A DNA stretch of 64,000 bases from an uncultured Veillonella sp. (GTDB lineage Bacteria; Bacillota; Negativicutes; Veillonellales; Veillonellaceae): contig URSE01000001.1 in NCBI GenBank assembly GCA_900550455.1, forward strand, positions 1,001 through 65,000, read 5' to 3'. Shown piece after piece: positions 9,429 to 18,842 of the stretch. The notes under the pieces were generated by a model, which saw nothing but the letters and a program-made list of their open reading frames with translations, did no database searches and had not been told where the DNA came from. The translations under genes were made by a program, and so were the position numbers. Within the stretch, counting starts at the first letter, position 1, and each line of letters starts with the position of its first letter.

Positions 9429-9980
9429 TTATCGATTACATTTGGGACCGGGCTTACTTTTAAAGGGATTTTTTTCCGTCTTATAAGGCCATAGGGAGGG
9501 GCGGCCATATTTATTGGGTAAGTGACTACCAGGGATGACTAGAAGCACTAGAATGAGAATGAAGAGAAGGCCATATACCAAAACTTCCGTACTAGGAAGG
9601 AAGTTATAGTTAGCTGTGTACATAATAAAAGCAGCTATAATAAAGGCAGGGACCGCAAAGAGGTCAAAGTCTCGGAAGCGGCCGATAAGGGGGACAAGGA
9701 AGAAGGGAAAGAGAATGATATGAGCTAGAAAGGCGCCTATTTGAATAGCCCAGTAGCCCGGTAAGATTTCTACCGCTTGATAAGCAGCTTCTACTAGAGA
9801 TGTAAGGAGTCCTAAGGCAATACAGGCCGAGAAGAAGCAGAGGGTAAATTGAAGGCGGTTCATACGGCCTTTAAAGTTAAAGTAGGAGAAGCCTCGTTGA
9901 GCTCCAAAGGCCAAAAAGACAGTACCTAGTACACAGATGAGGAGAGTCTTAATGGCAGAAAATACAATGAGTGTATCCAT
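9429..9980 (-). CDS. DUF805 family inner membrane protein
   Basis: YFNFKGRMNRLQF, GRFRDFD and PGSHLPNKYGRP match the DUF805 pattern (F.F.GR..R..F / RRLHD / PG...NxYG). Confidence 0.8.
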   Translation of the reverse strand: MDTLIVFSAIKTLLICVLGTVFLAFGAQRGFSYFNFKGRMNRLQFTLCFFSACIALGLLTSLVEAAYQAVEILPGYWAIQIGAFLAHIILFPFFLVPLIGRFRDFDLFAVPAFIIAAFIMYTANYNFLPSTEVLVYGLLFILILVLLVIPGSHLPNKYGRPSLWPYKTEKNPFKSKPGPKCNR

Positions 9981-10144
9981 ACATGGTTCCTTTGGATAAT
10001 GTGTGAAAAATTTATGTAGTCGCTTTCTCTATTGTAACAGTTTTTTTGTAAACCGTCATGTTAATAGGCCTTTTGAGTAGTGAATTGATTTCTTCTATTG
10101 TATAATTATGTTGATATTTTCTGTGTAACTAGGAGGGGGATTTC

Positions 10145-11074
10145 ATGGCTCTATATATTCTTAAACGTTTGGTATCAGCCATCCTCGTCCTTTGGGTTAT
10201 CTTAACGATTACCTTCTTCCTCATGCATGCTATACCGGGCGGTCCCTTTACTAGTGAAAAAAAATTACCCCCTCAGGTACAAGCTACTATAGAGGCAACG
10301 TATCATCTAAATGATCCGCTAGATAAGCAATATATGGACTATTTGGAGCGGGTCGTTCACTTTGATTTGGGACCATCGTTTCAATATGAAGGCCGGACTG
10401 TTAATGATATTATCAGTGAATCCTTCCCTGTATCTGCTCAACTAGGGCTCATATCATTGGTTGTGGCTTTGGTTGGAGGTGTTTTCTTTGGCGTCGTATC
10501 CGCTTGGAAACCTAATTCTTGGATTGATTACGGGGTAAGTTTCTTTTCTACCTTAGGCATATCAGTACCGACCTTTATCATCGGAGCTCTCTTGGTTTAC
10601 TATTTTGGGTTTGTCCTACCGATCTTTCCGGTAGCTCTTTGGAAGGGACCTGCCTATGTGATTCTTCCTGTCTTGACCATGGCTGCTCAGCCGATGGCTT
10701 TTATCGCCCGCTTGATGCGGTCTGAGTTGGTAGAAGCCTATAGCAAAGACTTTATTCGAACCGCCCGCGCTAAAGGCTTAAGCCCCCTAACCATCCTCTT
10801 TCGCCATGCCTTGGGGAATGCCATTTTGCCGGTGATCACTTATATCGGTCCTTTGACGGCCTCTCTATTGACTGGGTCTTTTGTTGTAGAAACCATTTTT
10901 GCAATTCCAGGTCTAGGACGTTATTTCGTAACTTCCATTTACAACCGGGATTATACAGTTGTCTTGGGGATTACTATTTTTTTCTCAGCCCTGATTGTGC
11001 TCTTTAATCTCATCATTGATTTAATCTATCCTGTGATTGACCCACGGGTTAAATTAGAAGAGGAGGAAGACTAA
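10145..11074 (+). CDS. oppB: Oligopeptide ABC permease OppB
   Basis: YILKRL..PGGPF start, EAA-like FIRTARAKGL, VVETIFAIPGLG and NRDY. Confidence 0.92.
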   Translation: MALYILKRLVSAILVLWVILTITFFLMHAIPGGPFTSEKKLPPQVQATIEATYHLNDPLDKQYMDYLERVVHFDLGPSFQYEGRTVNDIISESFPVSAQLGLISLVVALVGGVFFGVVSAWKPNSWIDYGVSFFSTLGISVPTFIIGALLVYYFGFVLPIFPVALWKGPAYVILPVLTMAAQPMAFIARLMRSELVEAYSKDFIRTARAKGLSPLTILFRHALGNAILPVITYIGPLTASLLTGSFVVETIFAIPGLGRYFVTSIYNRDYTVVLGITIFFSALIVLFNLIIDLIYPVIDPRVKLEEEED

Positions 11075-11976
11075 TGGACTCACATGATTTCTTGCCTCTA
11101 CCTGAGAAGGATCGGCACCTAGAAGAGACCTTTAGGCCTCGTCCTTCTGCTTGGCAGCGATTAGCCATGAATAAATTGGCTTTACTGGGGCTTTTTATTA
11201 TTTTCCTTGTCCTAGCTTGGGCTATTATCGGTCCCTTCCTATCGCCATACTCCTATGCGGATCAAAACCTCTTAGCTACCAATCAGGGGCCTAGCCTAAG
11301 TCATTGGTTTGGTACGGACAGCTTGGGACGGGACTTATATACGAGGGTTTTATATGGTGCCCGTATATCCTTGCTTATAGGTATTGTGGCGGCCCTCATC
11401 AACTTCTTTATAGGCGCGCTCTATGGTGGCATTGCTGGTTTTGTAGGGGGCAGCGTAGACCGTTGCATGATGGCAGTAGTGGATATCCTGTATGGGATTC
11501 CTCTTCTACTCTATGTAATTCTACTCATGGTAGTATTGGGGCCAGGCTTAGTATCTATTTTTTTGGCTTTGGGCATAGCCTATTGGTTAACTATGGCTCG
11601 CATTGTCCGCTCTCAAATTATGAAAATCAAGACAGAAGACTATGTGACTGCAGCTGTTACTATGGGATTTCCCAAGTGGCGAATCTTGGTGCGCCATATT
11701 TTACCTAATTGCTTAGGGCCTATTATAGTGACAATGACTTTGGCTATTCCAGATGCTATTTTTACAGAAGCCTTTCTATCCTTTATTGGATTAGGGGTAG
11801 CGGCACCTATGGCTTCATGGGGTGTCTTGGCTTCAGAGGGAATCAATGCTATGCGGTCCTATCCCTATCAATTACTGTTCCCTGCCGTGGCTATCTCTAT
11901 TACCATGTTGGGCTTTACCTTCTTGGGTGATGGCCTACGAGTGGCCCTGGACCCTAAGGAAGGAGGTCGCTTATGA
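11074..11976 (+). CDS. oppC: Oligopeptide ABC permease OppC
   Basis: HWFGTDSLGRDLYTRVLYGARISL, HILPN and EAFLSFIGLG. Confidence 0.92.
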   Translation: MDSHDFLPLPEKDRHLEETFRPRPSAWQRLAMNKLALLGLFIIFLVLAWAIIGPFLSPYSYADQNLLATNQGPSLSHWFGTDSLGRDLYTRVLYGARISLLIGIVAALINFFIGALYGGIAGFVGGSVDRCMMAVVDILYGIPLLLYVILLMVVLGPGLVSIFLALGIAYWLTMARIVRSQIMKIKTEDYVTAAVTMGFPKWRILVRHILPNCLGPIIVTMTLAIPDAIFTEAFLSFIGLGVAAPMASWGVLASEGINAMRSYPYQLLFPAVAISITMLGFTFLGDGLRVALDPKEGGRL

Positions 11977-12982
11977 AAAATTTGCTTATTGATGCATCCA
12001 ATCTATCGGTTATCGTAGATACCTTTTCAGGCCCTCTCCAGGTTGTACAGCACATGGAATTACAGTTGAGAAGAGGGGAAATAGTGGGTTTGGTAGGGGA
12101 ATCTGGCTCTGGTAAGTCGATGACATTAGCCTCTTTTATGAGCCTGCATGATCCAGACAAGACCCATACCAAGGGAGACCGACTTCACATTTTAGGGCAT
12201 GATTGCTTAGCTTTTACAGAGGAGGACTGGCGATTACTGCGTGGCCATCAAGTGGCTATGATCTTTCAGGACCCAATGACGGCACTTAATCCCATCCTAT
12301 CAATTGGCCAACAATTGATGGAAATCATGCCGAAGGGGCAGGCCAGTATGAGTAAGGCAATAGAATTACTGACTCAAGTAGGCCTTACGGATCCAGAGCG
12401 GAGGGTTAGTCAATACCCTTATGAACTATCAGGAGGGATGCGCCAACGAGTAGTTATCGCTATGGCTTTAGCCGGCCAGCCTAAGATACTTTTAGCAGAT
12501 GAACCAACAACGGCTTTGGATGTGACTACGGAGGCGCAAATTCTCCATCTCCTACAGGGTTTGGTGAGAGAAAGTGGCCTTGGATTAGTCTTTGTATCTC
12601 ATAATTTGCGTGTAGTGAGTCAGCTTTGTGACCGTGTTATGGTTATGTATGCGGGCCAGTGGGTAGAAAAAGGGCCGGTGGAAAGTGTTTTTTTCGACCT
12701 AAACATCCTTACACCCAAGCCCTCTTAGGGGCTTTACCCCAAGGGAAAAAGAAGGGACAATTGAAAGCTATTCCAGGGCGGGCACCAGACTTGGCTAATC
12801 TGCCAAAAGGTTGTCCATTCTATCCTCGTTGCTCTCATGCCATGCAGATATGTGCTCAAGAGGAAGCGCCTATTGAAATCCTTAGTCTAGGGGAGAAGGA
12901 ACATAGTATTCGTTGTTGGTTGCCAGCTTCAGAAAGGGAGTGGAAGCATGAATCACTTGTGGGAGACGGAGGGGCTCAATAA
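11973..12982 (+). pseudogene. oppD: Oligopeptide ABC ATPase OppD, split by an apparent 1-nt deletion in a T7 run (real frameshift or sequencing error)
   Basis: ORF 11973-12728 has [16 protein letters not shown] and DEPTTALD. The C-terminal PKHPYTQALL..GCPFYPRC..C..C domain continues in another frame (12659-12982). The junction is the T run at 12688-12694. Confidence 0.85.
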
Positions 12983-13895
12983 AGAATTCTCAGTGAAAAG
13001 CTCCTGGTGGAAGCCAGCCCAAAAGGTATATGCCTTACATGACATCGATCTTTACCAAGATTTTGGTGAGACCTTGGGTCTAGTGGGAGAGTCGGGTTGT
13101 GGTAAATCCACGTTAGGTAAAGTCCTTATGGGCCTCTATAAGCCTACAGCGGGGCAAGTCTATCTGCAGGGGCATAAGATAGAAGGCATAAGAGATCGGC
13201 AGCGTATTGTCAAATCTATGCAGATGGTCTTTCAAGATCCTTTGGCGTCCTTAAATCCACGGATGACTGTTTTTGATATCTTAGAGGAGCCGCTTAAGGT
13301 CCATGGACAGTTGACTAAGGCGGATCGCTATAATCGAGTGATGGCTATCTTAGAGCAGGTAGGTCTTTCTAAAATCTATAGTAATCGTTATGCTCATGAA
13401 TTCTCTGGTGGTCAACGCCAGCGTGTGGGCATAGCGAGAGCCCTTATCATGGACCCTGCTTGTATCATCTGCGATGAGCCAATATCTGCCTTAGATGTAT
13501 CTATTCAGGTGCAAATAGTAAAACTTCTGGAGCGGCTCCAGGAAGAGAAAAATATGGCTTATCTCTTTATCTCTCATGACCTTAACATGGTTCGTTATTT
13601 GAGCCAGCGTATAGCGGTCATGTATTTGGGGATGATTATGGAAGAGGGACGAGCGGAAGACCTTTATAGTCGGCCATATCATCCTTATACCCAAGCCCTT
13701 ATGGCTCTCAACAAGCCAATCGGTCCAGGGCAAACCATAGAGCTTGGCCTTAGGGGGGATGTACCAAGTCCTTTAGATCCCCCTTCCGGATGCTTCTTTC
13801 ATACGCGCTGTCCAAGGGCTAGTCAGATTTGTAGTCAAGTACGACCTAAATTAGTGGATATAGATGGACGGCGGCTGGCCTGCCATCATGTATAA
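12948..13895 (+). CDS. oppF: Oligopeptide ABC ATPase OppF
   Basis: GESGCGKST, FSGGQRQR, HPYTQAL and GCFFHTRC..ACH. Confidence 0.92.
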   Translation: MNHLWETEGLNKEFSVKSSWWKPAQKVYALHDIDLYQDFGETLGLVGESGCGKSTLGKVLMGLYKPTAGQVYLQGHKIEGIRDRQRIVKSMQMVFQDPLASLNPRMTVFDILEEPLKVHGQLTKADRYNRVMAILEQVGLSKIYSNRYAHEFSGGQRQRVGIARALIMDPACIICDEPISALDVSIQVQIVKLLERLQEEKNMAYLFISHDLNMVRYLSQRIAVMYLGMIMEEGRAEDLYSRPYHPYTQALMALNKPIGPGQTIELGLRGDVPSPLDPPSGCFFHTRCPRASQICSQVRPKLVDIDGRRLACHHV

Positions 13896-14004
13896 ATTGA
13901 TCTGAGCTGAGGCTTAATGAGTAAGACTTGATAAGTAAGAGCCAATTAAAATAAGAATAGATAATAATTTGTGTATTGATAGGACTTGTGTGTAAGGGGA
14001 TACA

Positions 14005-14832
14005 ATGGATTTACAGATTGTAGGCCGAGCCTTGGCCAAAGAGATTGAAACTTGGATGCCACAAGCTCTCGCAGAGGGAAAGGTATCTTATTATGTGGGG
14101 CGCTTGGATGAAGAGGCTCCTATGGAGACCATTGCCGCGCGCCATGAGCATGTGGTTCATGCTGGTGCTAGTATTGTTAAGACCTTGGTTATGGAATACC
14201 TTTTTTACTTGGCTCAAGAAGGTCAGTTAGATTTAGAGGATTCCTTATCCATTCATAGGGTTCCTCCTGTAGAGGGGGGCGGTGCTATCCAAGAATTGGT
14301 TGGTAATCATGCCTTTACTTACTTAGAACTTTGCCGCCTTATGATGGTCTTATCAGACAATTGGGCTACCAATCTCCTTTTACAGGCCTTGGGCGTTGAG
14401 GAAATCAATAGCCGGGCAGAAAAGTTGGGGTTGGAAGTTTTTCAAATTCAACGCTTTATGATGGACAGTCGAGCCCGTAAGGAAGGTCGTGAAAACCGTA
14501 TTACTGCTTATGAAGTGGCTAAACTTTATGATCACCTTTACCATCTGAAAGACCATTCTGCCTATGGCAAAGAAATGTGGCGCATTTTAGGGCGCCAACA
14601 ATTTCGCGACCATATTCCCTTCCACTGGGGGGAAGAGGTATCCTTCTATCATAAGACCGGCTGCCTAGAGCGGGTAGAACATGATGGAGGTGTGTATATG
14701 TCTCTTCATGGGGATTATGTCTTGGTTATTCTTATCAGTGATGTTGACAATGACTTGGCCATTGATGGCTCAGCTCAACTGGGCTATATGATGCGGGAGT
14801 TTATAGATAACCGCCTGCCCCAAGTCTATTAA
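14005..14832 (+). CDS. Serine hydrolase, class A beta-lactamase/PBP-like fold, no signal peptide
   Basis: Motifs SxxK (ASIVK), SDN and KTG (HKTG) in the canonical order. Confidence 0.85.
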   Translation: MDLQIVGRALAKEIETWMPQALAEGKVSYYVGRLDEEAPMETIAARHEHVVHAGASIVKTLVMEYLFYLAQEGQLDLEDSLSIHRVPPVEGGGAIQELVGNHAFTYLELCRLMMVLSDNWATNLLLQALGVEEINSRAEKLGLEVFQIQRFMMDSRARKEGRENRITAYEVAKLYDHLYHLKDHSAYGKEMWRILGRQQFRDHIPFHWGEEVSFYHKTGCLERVEHDGGVYMSLHGDYVLVILISDVDNDLAIDGSAQLGYMMREFIDNRLPQVY

Positions 14833-14862
14833 TCACTAGTTGTATATAATGAGGTAGAGGCC

Positions 14863-16470
14863 ATGAATAGGAAAATGATATACCTAATATTTCTTGTGGG
14901 ACTTGCCGTCTTCCTTGGCCTCATTTGCCTAGGACGGGCAGAGCGGGCAGCAGCGCCAGATCCAAACTTGATTCGCTATGCGTTAGAACAGGAACCAGCG
15001 AGTTTGGACCCGGCTAAATCCACAACCTTACCGGAGTCGACTGTAGAACTACAGATCTTTGAAGGCTTGACCCGCTTGGATAAAGATAATCAGCCACAAC
15101 CTGCAGCGGCACAGTCTTGGGATATTTCTCCAGATGGAACAACCTATACATTTCACCTGCGGAAGGGCATGACCTGGTCTAATGGGGATTTACTTACAGC
15201 GCAAGACTTTGCCTATGCTTGGTTGCGGACTTTGAACCCTAATACCGGCGCTGATAACGCTTATATGCTCTACGCCATTAAAAATGGGGAGGCCTATAAT
15301 AGTGGCAAAGTACCTGAGAGTACTGTAGGGATTAAGGTTCTTGACCAGGAGACCCTGGTGGTGACACTAGAGGAACCAGCCCCCTACTTTTTGAGTTTAA
15401 CCGCCTTTCATGCTTTTTATCCATTGAACAAGAAAGTGGTGGAAGCCCATCCTAAGGATTGGGCTAGTCGGCCAGACACGCTTGTAGGGAATGGGCCCTA
15501 TAAGATGACCGCCTGGAAACATAGTGGAGACATGCATTTCGTTAAAAACGAAAGCTATTGGGATGCCAAGTCTGTTAAAACACAAGCTATGTATTGGCCT
15601 ATTTCAGAGTCCTCATCTACTCGGTTGACCTTGGTTGAAGGGGGCGAAGCGGATCTTATGGTGGAACCACCAAGCCTAGATCAAGACAGATTGACTAAGG
15701 CTGGCCTCTACAAGGTAAGCCCTATGTTGGGAAATTATTACTATGTATTTAATGTAACAGCCCCACCCGTTAATGATCCGCGGGTTCGAAAGGCCTTATC
15801 TATGGTTATCGATCGAAAAGCCATTGTGGATCATGTTATTCATGGGGGTAAGAGGCCGGCCTATGCCTTTATTCCACCAGGGATGATAGAAAGTACGACA
15901 GGAAAGGATTTCCGTCAGCAAGGCGGCGATTATGTTGAGGAAAATATAGCTCAGGCCAAGGCTCTATTAAAAGAGGCTGGCTATGATAAAGAGCATCCAC
16001 TACCAGCTATTACAATCCTTTATAATACCAATGAGATGCATAAAGCTGTAGCTGAAGCAGTACAGGAAAGATGGAAAGACACTTTAGGGGTGGATGCTAT
16101 CCTACAAAATCAAGAGTCTAAAGTATTCTTGGCTAGCCGCCAAGAAGGTCACTATCAAGTGGCCCGTGCTTCTTGGGTGGCGGATTTTGAAGATCCTATT
16201 AACTTCTTAGAAGTCTTTTCGGCAGAGGATAACGATAGCCAGTACCACAATCCAGCCTATAATGACCTCATCGCGTCAATCAAGAAGACCCAAGATCCAA
16301 GTCGGCGCTATCAACTTATGCATCAGGCAGAAGAGATGATTTTCCAAGATGCGCTGGTCATTCCTTTTTACTATACATCTCAGCCCTATGTGGTATCATC
16401 GCGTTTAACGGGGTACTTTATTACTAATATGGGCCTTATTGATTTTAAAGGGGCCTATCAATCCTATTGA
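14863..16470 (+). CDS. oppA: Peptide ABC transporter substrate-binding protein (OppA/MppA-like)
   Basis: EPASLDP, IFEGLTR, WDISPDGTTYTFHLR, GNGPYK and RASWVADF. N-terminal hydrophobic segment. Confidence 0.92.
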   Translation: MNRKMIYLIFLVGLAVFLGLICLGRAERAAAPDPNLIRYALEQEPASLDPAKSTTLPESTVELQIFEGLTRLDKDNQPQPAAAQSWDISPDGTTYTFHLRKGMTWSNGDLLTAQDFAYAWLRTLNPNTGADNAYMLYAIKNGEAYNSGKVPESTVGIKVLDQETLVVTLEEPAPYFLSLTAFHAFYPLNKKVVEAHPKDWASRPDTLVGNGPYKMTAWKHSGDMHFVKNESYWDAKSVKTQAMYWPISESSSTRLTLVEGGEADLMVEPPSLDQDRLTKAGLYKVSPMLGNYYYVFNVTAPPVNDPRVRKALSMVIDRKAIVDHVIHGGKRPAYAFIPPGMIESTTGKDFRQQGGDYVEENIAQAKALLKEAGYDKEHPLPAITILYNTNEMHKAVAEAVQERWKDTLGVDAILQNQESKVFLASRQEGHYQVARASWVADFEDPINFLEVFSAEDNDSQYHNPAYNDLIASIKKTQDPSRRYQLMHQAEEMIFQDALVIPFYYTSQPYVVSSRLTGYFITNMGLIDFKGAYQSY

Positions 16471-16538
16471 GCTTGCTTGAGGCAGGAATAGGTGTCAGCA
16501 ACTTTTATTTTTTATCTGTAAATCCAAGGAGGATGACT

Positions 16539-17528
16539 ATGGATTGGATAGTGCCTAAGAGACTTCACAAGGGGATGACCCTAGCCTTTCTAGCGCCTGC
16601 CTCTGCCTGCCAAGAGGACCTGGACCTGGTGAAGGCTATTTGCCAGGAGCGGGGCTACCAAGCCATCTTTGCTCCTTCTTGTTACGGGCAAGGCCTCTAT
16701 GGGGGATCAGAAGAAGAGATGGTGGAAGAAATTAATAGTCTATTTAGGGATCCTTCCGTCCATGCCATTATTTGTGCCCGTGGTGGGTATGGGACAATGC
16801 GATATCTAGATAAGATTGACTTTGCCGCCATCCGCCGGAACCCTAAGGCATTTGTGGGGTATAGTGATATTACAGCACTCCACCTGGCCATTCAGAAGAT
16901 GTGTCAGTTGATTACCTTTCATGGCCCTATGGTAGTGGACTGGTGCAAGGCTAAGGATCCATCTAAGGCCGGCTCACAAGAGGCCATGACATCCTACCAG
17001 GAGGATCTTGACCAACTCTTCCAAACCTTAGAGGGGCAGGTACGGATTATAGAACCCTTGCCGGAACCGCCAAGGGGGCATATTGGGACCCAGTTGGGAG
17101 AAGGTCGACTTATAGGTGGCAATATGACACTAATTGCTATGATGGGGGGAACTCCTTATGGCTTGGACTCCTATAGTCGAAAAGAATTAGAATCCATGAT
17201 CCTCTTTCTAGAGGATGTGGGAGAGGCTCCTTACAAGCTAGATCGTATGCTTCAGCAATTGAGACTTCAGGGCGTCTTAGGTGCCATTAAGGGCATTGCT
17301 CTAGGCACCTTTAGAGACTGCCAGGGGGACCCTGATGAGGCTAGTTATGATACTGGCTACCAGGTCCTCCGCTATATGGAAGAGGGGCGGCCTGAGGAAG
17401 CAGATCCTCCCTTTGTCTGCTACCTACCTACGGGTCATGGGACTCCTCATGTAACCTTACCCTTAGGTGGGCTAGTTAGCTTTCGTTATATTGCCAATAC
17501 CTTTCTCTTACAGCCTTATACTAAGTAG
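16539..17528 (+). CDS. ldcA: LD-carboxypeptidase, peptidase S66 family
   Basis: ARGGYG, FVGYSDIT (catalytic Ser), LEDVGE and PTGHG. The ATG at 16539 follows AAGGAGG. Confidence 0.88.
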   Translation: MDWIVPKRLHKGMTLAFLAPASACQEDLDLVKAICQERGYQAIFAPSCYGQGLYGGSEEEMVEEINSLFRDPSVHAIICARGGYGTMRYLDKIDFAAIRRNPKAFVGYSDITALHLAIQKMCQLITFHGPMVVDWCKAKDPSKAGSQEAMTSYQEDLDQLFQTLEGQVRIIEPLPEPPRGHIGTQLGEGRLIGGNMTLIAMMGGTPYGLDSYSRKELESMILFLEDVGEAPYKLDRMLQQLRLQGVLGAIKGIALGTFRDCQGDPDEASYDTGYQVLRYMEEGRPEEADPPFVCYLPTGHGTPHVTLPLGGLVSFRYIANTFLLQPYTK

Positions 17529-17564
17529 TCCATAAGTTGTTCGCCTAATGAAAGAAAGAGACCC

Positions 17565-18716
17565 ATGAATTTACGTCAACAAGAGGCCTTGGCCTGTCAA
17601 TGTATCGATGATTTAGCGCCTCGCTTGAAAGCCTTTGGCGCTTACCTCCATAGCCACCCTGAATTAGGCCAAGAGGAATATCAGGCCCTGGCGGCTTTGG
17701 AGGCTTTTTTCTTGGACGAGGGCTATGAGGTTCAAGTAGGCCTGACAAAACGCAAGGAATTAAAAACGGCTTTCCTAGCTCAAGAGACTGGGGATGAGTC
17801 AAAGAAACGCATTGCTTTTTTAGGTGAGTATGATGCCCTTCCAAGCCTGGGCCATGGCTGTGGTCATAATTTGATAGCCCTTATGAGTTTGGGAGCCACC
17901 CTAGCCTTTAATCGGGCTAGAAGGCCTGGTTGGGGAGCTAGTTTTTTAGGATGCCCTGCGGAGGAGACTATAGGCGGTAAGGTTTATATGTCTCAAGAGG
18001 GCCTTTTTAAGGGGTATGAGGCAGCCCTGATTATCCATCCTGGTGGAGAGAATGAAGTGGGAGGCACTTCATTGGCTACCCACCCCCTGGAAGTGACGTA
18101 TCATGGTCGGTACGCTCATGTGGCTTCCTTAACCGATTCAGGCCTCAATGCCTTAGACTCAGCGGTATCCCTATATATGAAAGTTCGCCATATGAAGGCT
18201 TCTTTTCCCAAGGGAGTTCGGATTGGAACCATCTTCACAGATGGGGGCCAGGCCCCTAATGTGATCCCAGACCGGAGCCAACTTCATATGACCGTGCGGG
18301 CTAGGGATGTAGAAACCTTAGAAGAACTTGTTTTGCCCACTATTAAGGAGGCCGCTAGGGCCGTTGCCAAGGCGGAGGGGACTCCTGTAGACCTAGTCCA
18401 TTATGAACCACTTTTCAAGGATATGCGTCAAGATAAACGGCTCTTGGATATCTTCGAAGAGGTTATGACCGAATGGGGAGAAAAACCTCGACGTTTGCCT
18501 GATGATGAAGCTGATGGGTCTACGGATGTAGGCAATGTATCCTATGACCTGCCAACCGCCCAACCAACCCTTTGTATAGGACGTGGACTTGAGGCGCATA
18601 CAGTGGATTTTACTTGTGCAGCAGGCTCTGATTACGGCCTAGAGCAAGCCATTAAAGGGGCCAAGATTTTGACAATTGCGGCTTTGCGGTTCGCTCAAGT
18701 AGTTGATCAAGAATAA
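17565..18716 (+). CDS. M20 family amidohydrolase/peptidase (HmrA/AbgB/PM20D2-like subgroup)
   Basis: HPELGQEE, EYDALP.LGHGCGHN, PAEE..GGK and GSTDVGNVS. Confidence 0.88.
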   Translation: MNLRQQEALACQCIDDLAPRLKAFGAYLHSHPELGQEEYQALAALEAFFLDEGYEVQVGLTKRKELKTAFLAQETGDESKKRIAFLGEYDALPSLGHGCGHNLIALMSLGATLAFNRARRPGWGASFLGCPAEETIGGKVYMSQEGLFKGYEAALIIHPGGENEVGGTSLATHPLEVTYHGRYAHVASLTDSGLNALDSAVSLYMKVRHMKASFPKGVRIGTIFTDGGQAPNVIPDRSQLHMTVRARDVETLEELVLPTIKEAARAVAKAEGTPVDLVHYEPLFKDMRQDKRLLDIFEEVMTEWGEKPRRLPDDEADGSTDVGNVSYDLPTAQPTLCIGRGLEAHTVDFTCAAGSDYGLEQAIKGAKILTIAALRFAQVVDQE

Positions 18717-18725
18717 GAATATAGG

Positions 18726-18756
18726 AAGAGAGTCTAGTTCTTACTAGGCTCTTTTT
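18726..18756 (+). terminator. Probable intrinsic terminator after the M20 gene
   Basis: AGAGAGTCTAGT-TCTT-ACTAGGCTCTTTTT. Confidence 0.7.
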
Positions 18757-18783
18757 GACTATATCTTGCCGAGAGGATACAAT
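18755..18783 (+). promoter_or_regulatory. Promoter for the ABC-F/fol operon
   Basis: TTGACT (18755-18760), 17 bp spacer, TACAAT (18778-18783). Confidence 0.7.
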
Positions 18784-18842
18784 AAAAAATAGAATAGTAT
18801 CCGCCTCTAGGGCGGTTTTTCTTTGATGGAGTATGTACATTC

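Noticed and set aside
12659..12982. Independent 107-aa gene
   Set aside because: It is the out-of-frame C-terminal domain of OppD.
14005..14832. Calling this a beta-lactam resistance gene
   Set aside because: No signal peptide, no recognisable Glu166 motif, and a housekeeping peptide-transport context.
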